The notes under the pieces: generated by a model
Told to the model about the DNA's origin: nothing
The model's input: the letters and a program-made list of their open reading frames with translations, nothing else
The model's database searches: none
Assembly: GCA_049606355.1 (NCBI GenBank)
Contig: JBMYVL010000005.1
Coordinates: 100,806 to 132,805, forward strand
Reading direction: 5' to 3'
Origin: Opitutales bacterium
GTDB taxonomy: Bacteria > Verrucomicrobiota > Verrucomicrobiia > Opitutales > Coraliomargaritaceae
Length of the DNA: 32,000 nucleotides
Part shown: one piece after another, positions 1-8,672 of the stretch
How the letters are laid out: each line of letters begins with the position of its first letter
Numbering within the stretch: the first letter of the stretch is position 1
Made by a program: the position numbers and the translations under genes

Positions 1-1110
1 CTGCATTGCGCTCACCTTGGGCGCACCGGTAATCGAACCTCCGGGGAAGGTCGCACGGATGCAATCAAACACATCCTTGCCGTCTGCCAAGCTTGCCTTC
101 ACTTGAGCAGTCTGGTGCATGACGCGCGCGTAGTGCTCCAAGTGATACAATTGCTCGACCTGCACCGAGCCAAATTCAGCGACCCGTCCAAGATCATTGC
201 GCTCCAGATCCACAATCATTAAAAGTTCCGCGCGTTCTTTTTCTGACTGCTGTAAGGCCTGCGCATTGCGCTGATCCGCTTGCGGGTCTCCCACACGCGG
301 ACGGGTGCCTTTGATTGGGCGGGTCACCAGCGACTGCCCACGCTTACGCAAAAACTGCTCCGGTGAAGTGGACAGGACCTGTAGTTCGCCCGTGTCGAGG
401 TAGGCGCTAAACGGCGCGGGGTTACCCTGCCGCAATGCGGCATACAACTGCAGCGGGTCGCCGCAAAACGCACTACGGGCGCGCTGGGAAAGATTCACTT
501 GGTAGACCTCGCCACGGGCAATCGACTCCTTCACTTGCTCGATGGCTTTAATAAATTCACTACGCGTAAAATTCCACTGCCAGTCGCCACAGCTCGGCTT
601 CGCGGGCGACTCGCTTGCTGCGCCTTGCTCAAGAAGAGTCCGCAATTCTTCCAAGACGACCGCAGCATCGGCGCGTATGCCGAGAGCGACTAAATACAGG
701 ACCCCGCTGCGATGGTTCAGCGCTGCGATTCCATCATACAAACCAAAATGTAGGTCCGGTATGGCGCGGTCATCGATTGCCTGCGCCTGAATCCGCTCAA
801 TCTGCCGACCGTAATCATAGGCCAAAAATCCAACGGCACCGCCCACAAACGGAATCTCGGTAGTGGCAGTATTGGCATACGGGGCCATCCGCTCGCGTAA
901 GAGCGCCAAGCCATCTGCGCGTGAACCATGATCCACGTACTCGCCATCCTTACCGCTTAGCACCTCAAACGGATCCGCGCCAAAAAAACTCCATTCGCCC
1001 AAGCCATCATTCGATAATGTACTGTCCAAAACAAACGGATGCCGGCGACGTCCAAAACATGCCACGAGGGTCTCCACCGATGGCGGGTTCTGTATTTCCA
1101 AGACCTGCAT
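1..1110 (-). CDS. pabB: Chorismate-binding enzyme, most likely aminodeoxychorismate synthase component I (PabB-like). The 3' end is cut off by the window edge.
   Basis: Absent from the ORF track because it runs off the left edge. Manual reverse-complement translation from the ATG at 1110-1108 is open to nt 1. It reads MQVLEIQNPPSVETLVACFGRRRHPFVLDS...GEVYQVNLSQR...VTRPIKGTRPR...ELLMIVDLERNDLGRV...IRATFPGGSITGAPKVSAMQ. PIKGT, DLxRND and GGSITGAPK are hallmark motifs of the TrpE/PabB/MenF family. About 370 aa before GGSITGAPK fits PabB better than TrpE. Confidence 0.8.
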   Translation of the reverse strand, partial: MQVLEIQNPPSVETLVACFGRRRHPFVLDSTLSNDGLGEWSFFGADPFEVLSGKDGEYVDHGSRADGLALLRERMAPYANTATTEIPFVGGAVGFLAYDYGRQIERIQAQAIDDRAIPDLHFGLYDGIAALNHRSGVLYLVALGIRADAAVVLEELRTLLEQGAASESPAKPSCGDWQWNFTRSEFIKAIEQVKESIARGEVYQVNLSQRARSAFCGDPLQLYAALRQGNPAPFSAYLDTGELQVLSTSPEQFLRKRGQSLVTRPIKGTRPRVGDPQADQRNAQALQQSEKERAELLMIVDLERNDLGRVAEFGSVQVEQLYHLEHYARVMHQTAQVKASLADGKDVFDCIRATFPGGSITGAPKVSAMQ

Positions 1111-1123
1111 TGCTACCGCTGAC

Positions 1124-2263
1124 TCAGTGCTGATTGGCGCGTTGCAACAAATACAAGCCAATCGCTTGGAAAAGGATATTCGGCAGCCAGATCAACAAAT
1201 CCGGACGCAACGTGACACTTCGCTCTAACCAGCTCACCGCAATGAGTAGAAAGTAAAAACTCATCGCGACGACCAAGGCGATTCCCAGGTTCGCATAACT
1301 TTCTTTGCGCCCAACTTTCACGGCAAGCGGCACCCCGAAGATCGTCAGAGAGATGACTGAAAATGCGAGGGCGAAATTTTTCTGGAGATGAAACTGCGCC
1401 TGCAGTCGTTCCGTCGAGAGGCCCGCACCTGCTTCGGCTTCCAGTGCACTTTCTCGGAGGTCCAGCAACTGCGAAAATGTCATGTATTTGACTTTGACGC
1501 GCTCCGCGCTCGGCCGCCCGAAGACTTCATCCAGAGACCACTCAAATGGCAGCTCACCAAAGTCCAGCATATCCAAACTCATCCCACCAAACTGTTCCGG
1601 CGCATCCGGATCACGTTTTTCGGTCGTACCATCCAGCAAAGTTAGCACCAGTGTATTGTCGTCTTCGCGAAAGTCGACGCGCCCTTCACGCCCGCGGATA
1701 AAGAGCTCCACTCGCTTTTGCGCATCTAATTTCCAAAACCACACATCCTCCAACCGCTTGCCCTCGCGACTGCCGGTATAAATCACCGCACCGGGGAACT
1801 CATTGATGAAGCGGCGTGCCTCAATAAAGCTCACGGGGTTTTCACTTACCGCCGTCGCCATCAATTGCTTGTATGCCGTTCGAGACTTCGGCGCATAGTG
1901 CAGGTTCACCATGATGCCGGCAACCACGCCCAGGCTCGCAATCAAAAAAACAGGCGCCGCTATTTGATAGAGCCCCAGACCTGCCGACTTCATCGCCGTG
2001 ATCTCATTTTGCGCGGAGAGTCGGCCGAGTGCCATCAACGTTCCGGTCAACATCCCCAGCGGCAGTGCATAAGCGGCGACGTAAGGAATCAGCAGCGCAA
2101 TCAATTTGATGAGTAGCAGCCACTCGAGTTGGCCGGCTACGACGAGCTCCACAATATCCTTTAGCGCATTGCCCATGAGGAGAACAAAAATAAACAGCCC
2201 CATCGCGAGTAGGGTTGAAACGAGAATTTCCCGAAGGATATGGCGATGGAGTAATGTGAGCAT
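1124..2263 (-). CDS. LptF/LptG-family (YjgP/YjgQ) LPS export permease
   Basis: 379-aa ORF. It has three N-terminal TM helices (ILVSTLLAMGLFIFVLLMG..., LIALLIPYVAAYALPLGML...), a central soluble beta-jellyroll-sized insert and three C-terminal TM helices. This topology and size are typical of LptF/LptG. I cannot tell F from G. Confidence 0.75.
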   Translation of the reverse strand: MLTLLHRHILREILVSTLLAMGLFIFVLLMGNALKDIVELVVAGQLEWLLLIKLIALLIPYVAAYALPLGMLTGTLMALGRLSAQNEITAMKSAGLGLYQIAAPVFLIASLGVVAGIMVNLHYAPKSRTAYKQLMATAVSENPVSFIEARRFINEFPGAVIYTGSREGKRLEDVWFWKLDAQKRVELFIRGREGRVDFREDDNTLVLTLLDGTTEKRDPDAPEQFGGMSLDMLDFGELPFEWSLDEVFGRPSAERVKVKYMTFSQLLDLRESALEAEAGAGLSTERLQAQFHLQKNFALAFSVISLTIFGVPLAVKVGRKESYANLGIALVVAMSFYFLLIAVSWLERSVTLRPDLLIWLPNILFQAIGLYLLQRANQH

Positions 2264-2361
2264 CGGCGGCAGCTTGAGTTCTTAGTTAGTAGTTAGATGT
2301 AGCGCAAAACAACCTGATTTTCGCTCTTCACACTTCTTAGTTCTGCCTCCATGTTCGCCGC

Positions 2362-2931
2362 ATGGATACCCAACCTGACGAAGTCATCCAAATCTTCCGT
2401 GACAGTGGCGCTCTCCTCGAGGGTCATTTCGTGCTGCGCTCCGGCCTGCACAGTGCGCATTTTTTTCAGTGCGCTCAAGTCTGCCAGTACATGGACAAAG
2501 TCACCCGTCTCGCTGAATTGATGGTTGAGCAGCTAAAAGGCTATGGCGCAACCACCGTCGTAGGGCCCGCGATGGGTGGGCTCGTGATTGGTCAAGAAGT
2601 CGCGCGACAGATGGGCCTGCGTTTCATTTTTCTGGAGAAGGTGGAGGACCGGCTCGAGTTGCGGCGTAATTTCAAATTCGCCCCTGGCGAGAAGGTCCTC
2701 ATCGTCGAAGATGTGATCACGCGCGGCGGTCGAGTGGTCGAAGCCATTCAAAAATGCCGCGAACACGGTGCGGACCCTGTGGGCGTGGGTGTTATTGTCG
2801 ACCGCAGCCAGGGTCAAACCAGCTTCGACATTCCGCATCATAGTCTGGCGCAGCTCAGTTTCCCAACTTATGAAGCTGATCAGTTACCGCCGGAACTCCA
2901 AGGGAGCGAGGCGACCAAACCGGGCAGCTAA
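2362..2931 (+). CDS. pyrE: Orotate phosphoribosyltransferase
   Basis: 189 aa. N-terminal GALLEGHFVLRSGLHS is typical of short PyrE. The PRPP-binding loop is KVLIVEDVITRGGRV. Confidence 0.85.
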   Translation: MDTQPDEVIQIFRDSGALLEGHFVLRSGLHSAHFFQCAQVCQYMDKVTRLAELMVEQLKGYGATTVVGPAMGGLVIGQEVARQMGLRFIFLEKVEDRLELRRNFKFAPGEKVLIVEDVITRGGRVVEAIQKCREHGADPVGVGVIVDRSQGQTSFDIPHHSLAQLSFPTYEADQLPPELQGSEATKPGS

Positions 2932-2933
2932 GG

Positions 2934-3233
2934 ATGAAAGCGTTGGTCCCCACCGTACGCCTCACCGGGCAGATTGAAGCACTCTCCTATTTGGCGCTGC
3001 TGGGCATCGCAATGCCACTGAAATATTTCCTCGGGCAGCCTGCGGCAGTGCAAGTCGTCGGTATGGCGCACGGCCTACTATGGATTGCATATGTTGGACT
3101 TGCTGGCCTCGGCTATCTGCAGCGCCGTTGGTCGCTGCGCACGGCAAGCCTGCTACTGCTCGCCAGTTTGCTCCCCTTCGGTCCCTTTGTTGCCGACGCA
3201 CGTTTGCTGCGCCCACTCGAAGCGGCAAAATGA
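2934..3233 (+). CDS. Small integral membrane protein, DUF3817-like
   Basis: 99 aa starting 2 nt after the pyrE stop. EALSYLALLGIAMPLKYFLGQP...GMAHGLLWIAYV matches my recollection of the DUF3817 signature (EG.S.L.L...MPLKY...HG). Three predicted TM helices. Confidence 0.65.
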   Translation: MKALVPTVRLTGQIEALSYLALLGIAMPLKYFLGQPAAVQVVGMAHGLLWIAYVGLAGLGYLQRRWSLRTASLLLLASLLPFGPFVADARLLRPLEAAK

Positions 3234-3283
3234 TTGAGATTTGACCCCACTCGGGGCTCGTTTACTAACAAAGGCGACCTTTT

Positions 3284-3730
3284 ATGCGCAAAGCCTTTGG
3301 CAGATTTCATCGCTCGGCGAGCACTCGCGCCACCTTCGCCCGCTTCGCTTCGGTCGGCGTGACGATTTCAGTGATTGATGCCGGTGTGCTCTATGCACTG
3401 CTAGGCTTAAGCACGAATGTTTATGTGGGACGTGCCCTCTCCATCGCGGCCGCCATGGCAGCCGGCTATGTGCTCAATCGCTACTTCACCTTTCATCATC
3501 TAGAGACGGGACGTGCTTTCTGGCACTCGCTCCTGCGCCATTACAGCGTGCACAGCGTTGGAGCCGTCATTAATGTGGGCGTCTTCGCCATGGTGTTGAG
3601 GCTCGGCCAAATGCTGGGAGGTGAGGTGGCTGCAGCTGCCACCTTACCGCTGATCGGCGTTTGGATTGGTGGCGTCGTCGGAATGGGCTTTAACTTCTTC
3701 TTTTCCAAGCGATTGGTTTTTGACAGCTAA
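3284..3730 (+). CDS. GtrA-family membrane protein (polysaccharide or glycolipid synthesis accessory)
   Basis: 148 aa with four hydrophobic helices. FARFASVGVTISVIDAGVLYAL near the N-terminus, NRYFTFHH in the middle and FFFSKRLVF at the C-terminus are the usual GtrA-like landmarks. Confidence 0.75.
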   Translation: MRKAFGRFHRSASTRATFARFASVGVTISVIDAGVLYALLGLSTNVYVGRALSIAAAMAAGYVLNRYFTFHHLETGRAFWHSLLRHYSVHSVGAVINVGVFAMVLRLGQMLGGEVAAAATLPLIGVWIGGVVGMGFNFFFSKRLVFDS

Positions 3731-3738
3731 CCCGTCCC

Positions 3739-4911
3739 ATGGTCGCGCTTTTTCTCAACAGCATTGGCAGACACCTGAGTTGGTTTGCCTGCGCGTTTTG
3801 GCCCGGGAGCCACGACGGTGCGCCGCTCCGCCCGATGCGCGTCGTCTTCCTGCTGATTGGCTATCCTTTGTTTTGCGGGGTTCAGCTCTGCCACTGGCTT
3901 GGCTTTCTCATCGATGCCGTGTGTTTCCCGGCCTACCGCCAAACCGTTATTCGTACCCCGGTCTTTATTAGCGGCATTCCACGCAGCGGCACGACCTTTG
4001 CGCACCGCAGCTTAGCCAAAGATACCACCCACTTCACCACCGTCAGTACTTGGGAGGCGGCCTTGGCCCCATCGATCGCCGAGCGCAAACTGCTCCGCGC
4101 GCTTGCCGGACTGGATCGGCGTCTGGGTGGACTCGGCGCCCGCTGGCTCGCCGCAGTGCTTTCCAAAATCAGTGGAGACTTTGATGCCATCCATACCGTT
4201 GGGCTCAACATCCCGGAAGAGGACTATCTATGGCTCCTTCCCACAGGCAGTTGCTTCATCCTCCTCATGGCCTTCCCTTTTTCACCCTGGCTCCAACAGA
4301 CCGCTATGTTGGACCGTGCCCCACCTCACCTGCGCGAGCAATTGCTCGACTTTTACACCAGCTGTCTTCGCAAGCACCTCTATGTAAATGGCAGCGAGCG
4401 AGCGATTTTATCAAAAAATGCGGCTTTCGCGACCTGGTGCCCCGCGCTACTGGAGCGTTTCCCCGATGCAAAATTCCTGCTCTGCGTCCGCGAGCCGGAA
4501 GCCGCCCTACACTCCCAGCTCAGTTCGCTACGCACCGCGCGCAAACTCTTTGCTACAGATCCCGACGGGAGCACCACCGCGAGGACCCTTACGCAGATTT
4601 TCAGCCACAGTTACGCGACGCTCGCGGCATTCCTCCGCGAGCAACCCGCGCACAAGGTAGCGGTTGTTGTCCAGAGCGACCTACAGGCAGCGCCGGGCGC
4701 TGTGCTCCGCGCAGCAGCCAAACAGCTTGAACTTCCTCTGGATGCGGCCTGTGAGGCATATCTGGAAGCGCTCCAACAACCGCACCGTAGTGCCCATCAG
4801 GCCATCCTCAGTCGTGAGGAACTTGACCCAATCCAAATCGATGTTTGCCTGCAATCGGCCTACCAAAGTATCCTCCAATCAGAATCTCGAATCCCGCTCC
4901 ACCGCTGCTGA
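3739..4911 (+). CDS. Membrane-associated PAPS-dependent sulfotransferase family protein
   Basis: 390 aa. The 5'-phosphosulfate-binding loop is ISGIPRSGTTFAHRSL. Later ILSKNAAF and CVREPEAALHSQLSS segments resemble the 3'-phosphate-binding region of Sulfotransfer_1/3 enzymes. Hydrophobic N-terminal segment VVFLLIGYPLFCGVQLCHWLGFLIDAV. Starts 8 nt after the GtrA stop. Confidence 0.7.
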   Translation: MVALFLNSIGRHLSWFACAFWPGSHDGAPLRPMRVVFLLIGYPLFCGVQLCHWLGFLIDAVCFPAYRQTVIRTPVFISGIPRSGTTFAHRSLAKDTTHFTTVSTWEAALAPSIAERKLLRALAGLDRRLGGLGARWLAAVLSKISGDFDAIHTVGLNIPEEDYLWLLPTGSCFILLMAFPFSPWLQQTAMLDRAPPHLREQLLDFYTSCLRKHLYVNGSERAILSKNAAFATWCPALLERFPDAKFLLCVREPEAALHSQLSSLRTARKLFATDPDGSTTARTLTQIFSHSYATLAAFLREQPAHKVAVVVQSDLQAAPGAVLRAAAKQLELPLDAACEAYLEALQQPHRSAHQAILSREELDPIQIDVCLQSAYQSILQSESRIPLHRC

Positions 4912-4912
4912 C

Positions 4913-6076
4913 ATGGAAAAGCCCTCGTCTCAAACGCCAGCCACATCGAAGGACGATGCACTCGAGCGGAACGCCTCCCCCGCCGCTAAACTGCGTGTGG
5001 CATTCTTCTCCGATTCCCTACCCGAACGAAACGGAACGGGCGCTTACTACCACGACCTCGTAGGGCAGCTAGCCCCTCAACTTGCTGCGATTGAGGTTTT
5101 TCAACCCCTGGACCAGGTGCGCTACCTGCGCTTGTCGATCCCCATGCCGGGCGACCCCATGCAGCGCCTCACCACACCAAATCTTATTCGTATCGCCAAA
5201 GGCTATCGGGCGCTACAGCCGGATCTCGTTGTCGCCGTCACCCCCGGTCCTTTTGGTTTGTTGGGCCTTTACCATGCACGGCGCAGTGGCGCGCGTTTCA
5301 TTACCGCCTTCCATACCGACTTCGAGCAACTCGCGCGGATTTACTGGCGCCCGCTCTCACGCAGTATTTGCAACGCCTACCTGCGCACTGCAAACCGTTA
5401 CTTGTGTAAACACAGCGCCACCGTACTGGTGAACAATTCCAAGCTTCGCTCCGACGTCGAACAACTGGGCGCCAAGCACGTGGAGGTCATGGGTACGCCA
5501 CTACAACCGAGCTTCCTGAGCAAAGCGATGCGCCCACCACCGGATGTGATTCAACGCATCTGCTTCGCTGGACGCCTCGCAGCGGAAAAAAATGTCGACC
5601 AAATCATTGCCGCCGCCGCCCACTTCCCGGACATTGAATTTGTAATCGGCGGAGAGGGTCCGTTACGGCGTAGCCTCGAAGCCAGCGCAGCGGCACTCAA
5701 CAATGTGCGCTTTACCGGGTGGCTCACCCGCGAAGAGCTGATCGATTTATTGGACAGTGCCAGCTTCCTGTTGCTGCCCTCGAAGCTGGAAACATTCGGT
5801 TCGGTTGCGCTGGAAGCGATGGCGCGCGGCCGACCCGCGCTTGTTTCCGCGAATGCCGGGATCCACGACTGGCCCCTGCTGCGTGCGGGCCTGATTGCCC
5901 TACCCAAAGGGCAAGACCTGGCCGATGCCATCCGTGCATTACTGCAGCTCTCCACAACTGAGCTCCACCACAAAGCTCGAAGTGCGCGAAATGCTGCCGA
6001 GCAACTCAATCGCGAAACAATTGGTCAGTGGGCCAGCGTGCTTGCCAACTATGCCAGCCACGCTCCACCGCGATGA
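4913..6076 (+). CDS. Glycosyltransferase family 4 (GT-B, Glycos_transf_1)
   Basis: The track ORF 4664-6076 is trimmed to the in-frame ATG at 4913, 1 nt after the sulfotransferase stop (MEKPSSQ...). RVAFFSDSLPERNGTGAYY forms the N-terminal GT4 domain. The C-terminal E-X7-E motif is LLPSKLETFGSVALEAMARGRPAL. Confidence 0.85.
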   Translation: MEKPSSQTPATSKDDALERNASPAAKLRVAFFSDSLPERNGTGAYYHDLVGQLAPQLAAIEVFQPLDQVRYLRLSIPMPGDPMQRLTTPNLIRIAKGYRALQPDLVVAVTPGPFGLLGLYHARRSGARFITAFHTDFEQLARIYWRPLSRSICNAYLRTANRYLCKHSATVLVNNSKLRSDVEQLGAKHVEVMGTPLQPSFLSKAMRPPPDVIQRICFAGRLAAEKNVDQIIAAAAHFPDIEFVIGGEGPLRRSLEASAAALNNVRFTGWLTREELIDLLDSASFLLLPSKLETFGSVALEAMARGRPALVSANAGIHDWPLLRAGLIALPKGQDLADAIRALLQLSTTELHHKARSARNAAEQLNRETIGQWASVLANYASHAPPR

Positions 6077-6774
6077 AAGCATTACTGAGCATTCATGACT
6101 GCATGCCGGAAACTTTGGAGCGCGTGCTTACACTGATCGAATGGCTCCAGTCGCTCGGCGTGCCTCCCCTTACCTTGTTGGTCGTGCCCGGGAAAAACTG
6201 GACAGCGAGGCAACTCGAACAACTGCACCGTTGGGTCGAGCAGGGCCACACCCTCGCTGCTCACGGCTGGGACCACCAGACCCAGCCGCGCCGGGCTTAT
6301 CATCGTCTGCACGCCTACCTACTTTCCCGTAATGTCGCAGAGCACCTCGATCTGAACTCCACGGAAATCCTAAATCTCCTCTGTCGCGCCAAAGCGTGGT
6401 TTTCTCAGCACGCCCTCCCCGAACCCGAATTATACGTACCGCCCGCTTGGGCGCTCGGCACACTGCACCGCAACGATTTGGCAAAAGCCCCCTATTGCCA
6501 GATCGAAACAACTCGTGGTCTGTATCAGATCCACAACCAGCGCATCCAGCGGCAATCCTTGCCGCTGGTCGGTTACGAAGCCGATACCACACTCCGCGCA
6601 GCCTTCCTGCGTCGCTGGAACCAGGCACAAGCAGGTCGTGCGCAGCGCCGCCAGCTGCCGCTACGTATTTCGATTCATCCGGACGACTTACAACTCCGTC
6701 TTGCCGACCAAATGCAAGCGCAGCTCTGCGCCGTCACAGAATTCCTTCATTATCGCGATGTATCTCCTAACTGA
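6073..6774 (+). CDS. DUF2334-type predicted polysaccharide deacetylase-like protein
   Basis: Trimmed to the ATG at 6073, which overlaps the GT4 stop as ATGA. MKALLSIHDCMPETL...TLLVVPGKNW...GHTLAAHGWDH...YVPPAW... resembles the DUF2334 family as I recall it. The family assignment is from memory only. Confidence 0.6.
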   Translation: MKALLSIHDCMPETLERVLTLIEWLQSLGVPPLTLLVVPGKNWTARQLEQLHRWVEQGHTLAAHGWDHQTQPRRAYHRLHAYLLSRNVAEHLDLNSTEILNLLCRAKAWFSQHALPEPELYVPPAWALGTLHRNDLAKAPYCQIETTRGLYQIHNQRIQRQSLPLVGYEADTTLRAAFLRRWNQAQAGRAQRRQLPLRISIHPDDLQLRLADQMQAQLCAVTEFLHYRDVSPN

Positions 6775-7285
6775 GGGCGAAACCGAACGGTTGTATTTTC
6801 AGGCGTTCATCGCACAGTACGGCTGCCACGATGTCGCAGTCGCTCGGGGCCGCAGTTCAGATCCACTGCGTCTCGTTAGCGAGGCCATTCAAGCACGTTT
6901 GCCGAATCCAGACACCTGGGTCGTGCTCGATGCTGAACTCCACGACAGTGATCCCACGCGCCAACGACGCTTCCACAAAGCGCTGCGACAAGCCGCGCGC
7001 TATGACATTCGCATGGCCATCGCAGAACCCTGCTTTGAGGCGTGGCTACTCAGCCACCTAGACCTCCACAAGGATTATCGATTCAAGCAAACGAGCGCTT
7101 ACTTCAGCACTCTACTCGAACAAAAGACCGGGCTTGTGTATCAAAAAAGTCACTACGCAGCGGATTATTTTGTGCGCGCGGATCGCTTAGCGATCGCGCG
7201 ACAATCCCCCGTCGGCCGGCGTGGACTGTCACACTTAATTGAGTGTTTATTGAATCGCGCTGATTCCTTCACTCAGCGTCCCTGA
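6758..7285 (+). CDS. RloB-like (Toprim-related) protein, orphan
   Basis: Trimmed to the ATG at 6758, a 17-nt overlap with the preceding gene. MYLLTEGETERLYFQAF matches the RloB N-terminal signature (..vcEGekTE.nYF). IRMAIAEPCFEAWLLSHL matches the C-terminal signature (ia.SNPcFElWlLlHf). The central acidic motif reads VVLDAE. Confidence 0.6.
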   Translation: MYLLTEGETERLYFQAFIAQYGCHDVAVARGRSSDPLRLVSEAIQARLPNPDTWVVLDAELHDSDPTRQRRFHKALRQAARYDIRMAIAEPCFEAWLLSHLDLHKDYRFKQTSAYFSTLLEQKTGLVYQKSHYAADYFVRADRLAIARQSPVGRRGLSHLIECLLNRADSFTQRP

Positions 7286-7692
7286 AAACTGAGTACAATG
7301 CGCCGCTCATGACTGCGAGCGCGGTGCTCCCACAGGAACACGCCCTGCCAGGTACCCAGGCAGAGGCGTCCATCCACAAAGGGAATCACTTCAACCGTGC
7401 GCGTGAGTGCCATCTTAATGTGGCTCGGCATATCATCGGGGCCCTCACAGGTATGCGTAAAATCCGGATCTCCCTCAGGGACTAAACGATCTATAAAGCG
7501 CTCCAAATCACGCCGAGCCGATGGATCGGCATTCTCCATGATAACCAAACTGCAACTGGTATGGCAGCAAAACACAGTAACTGCGCCTTCCTGCAAACCG
7601 GAATCACGCAAGCCAGTCGCGATTGCATCTGTAAATTCCGCGGTCGATTTGCCCGGCGCCCGGACTGTGATTGCTTGTGTATAGACTGCCAT
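7273..7692 (-). CDS. yjbQ: YjbQ/UPF0047 family protein (secondary thiamine-phosphate synthase-like)
   Basis: 139 aa. VTVFCCHTSCSLVIMENADPSARRDLERF...HIKMAL...LGTWQGVFLWEHR is the characteristic YjbQ pattern. Its 3' end overlaps the convergent RloB-like gene by 13 nt. Confidence 0.85.
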   Translation of the reverse strand: MAVYTQAITVRAPGKSTAEFTDAIATGLRDSGLQEGAVTVFCCHTSCSLVIMENADPSARRDLERFIDRLVPEGDPDFTHTCEGPDDMPSHIKMALTRTVEVIPFVDGRLCLGTWQGVFLWEHRARSHERRIVLSFQGR

Positions 7693-7785
7693 GCTGAAAC
7701 CTTATGAAGGCGGCGGTGGTATTTAGCAAAAGAATGTCGCAAGTTTAATCTTTTTCCGCGGCGCTACCGCGCGTATAAACAATGG

Positions 7786-8217
7786 ATGCCTTTGTTGATT
7801 CGCGAGCTGAGCACCCTTAGCCTGTTGGTCGCACTCGGGGTCACCTATTCGCTCCTCACTGGGCCGGCCCCACGACCATGGGCACAAGCGACGCCGCCTG
7901 CCGGGGCGATTCGTGTAGCAGATGCGGCCGTACTCAATGTGCTGTGGATCGATGTGCGCAGTCGTCGCGCCTACGCAACTGGCCACATACCGGGCGCAGT
8001 GAGTGATCCTTCGGATGGCTCTGAATCGGGGCGGTTTGAATGGATGGAGGCATGGCTCGCCGCACCGCGCCCAATTATAGTGTACTGCGCGGATGCAGGC
8101 TGCGACCAAAGTCGTCAACAAGCGGAGCGATTGCGGAGCGATCTCCCGAATGCAGAAATTTATTACCTAGAAGGAGGATGGGCCGCATGGCAGGCTTACG
8201 CAACTACCTCAGATTGA
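7786..8217 (+). CDS. Membrane-anchored rhodanese-like domain protein
   Basis: 143 aa. N-terminal anchor LSTLSLLVALGVTYSLL. Rhodanese landmarks are VLWIDVRSRRAYATGHIPGAV and the active-site strand and loop IIVYCADAGCDQS, followed by YYLEGGWAAW. Confidence 0.75.
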   Translation: MPLLIRELSTLSLLVALGVTYSLLTGPAPRPWAQATPPAGAIRVADAAVLNVLWIDVRSRRAYATGHIPGAVSDPSDGSESGRFEWMEAWLAAPRPIIVYCADAGCDQSRQQAERLRSDLPNAEIYYLEGGWAAWQAYATTSD

Positions 8218-8624
8218 TCCTGCGCTTGAGCCTTGCCGGTGTATTTGTCGTGGCAGCACTTCCAAAGCTCCAGGATCCGGTCGGTTTCGCAGTCAGCATC
8301 ACAGGCTATCGCGTGGTTGGCACAACGACTGCGGCATGGCTCGCACTCATCCTCCCGTGGCTTGAGCTCGTCTGCGGAATTGGACTGCTCATTCCATGGT
8401 TGCGCCGCGGCAGTGCGCTGATCCTCAGCTGCCTTTTAACGCTTTTCGTAGGGCTGCACCTTAGCGTGGTCGCACGGGGCCTATCGATTGATTGCGGTTG
8501 CTTCGCATTTGCAGAGGCGACCCCCGTACATCCCTCAATAGTTATCCTCCGCACGGTGCTCCTGCTCATTGCCAGTCTTTACCTATTGTGGAGCGATGGG
8601 GGCGAGCGTGGCACTCGACCCTAA
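8187..8624 (+). CDS. MauE/DoxX-family redox-associated membrane protein
   Basis: The track ORF 8040-8624 is trimmed to the ATG at 8187, which lies 9 nt after a strong AAGGAGG (8171-8177). Four TM helices. LPKLQDP..F and the IDCGCFAF motif are typical of MauE-like proteins. Overlaps the rhodanese gene by 31 nt. Confidence 0.7.
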   Translation: MAGLRNYLRLILRLSLAGVFVVAALPKLQDPVGFAVSITGYRVVGTTTAAWLALILPWLELVCGIGLLIPWLRRGSALILSCLLTLFVGLHLSVVARGLSIDCGCFAFAEATPVHPSIVILRTVLLLIASLYLLWSDGGERGTRP

Positions 8625-8672
8625 TGACTTCAAGTCTTGCTTGTTGTAGCCGTCCGCCTATCCCCTTCCATT

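Noticed and set aside
2279-2342. Direct 9-mer repeat TTCTTAGTT (2279-2287 and 2334-2342) plus a TAG-rich stretch (ttagttagtagttagatgtag) in the lptFG/pyrE divergent promoter region
   Set aside because: It could be a regulator site or promoter element. But it is two short copies in an AT-richer promoter region with no third copy elsewhere in the window, which is not enough evidence to call.
4664-4912. N-terminal extensions in the ORF track (4664-4912, 6028-6072, 6515-6757, 8040-8186, 8637-8672, 12711-12752, 13510-13566, 16744-16785, 22978-23061)
   Set aside because: Each extension overlaps the preceding gene or an intergenic promoter region and adds non-homologous, Arg/Ser-rich sequence. Internal starts give proper signal peptides, Shine-Dalgarno spacing or conserved N-termini.
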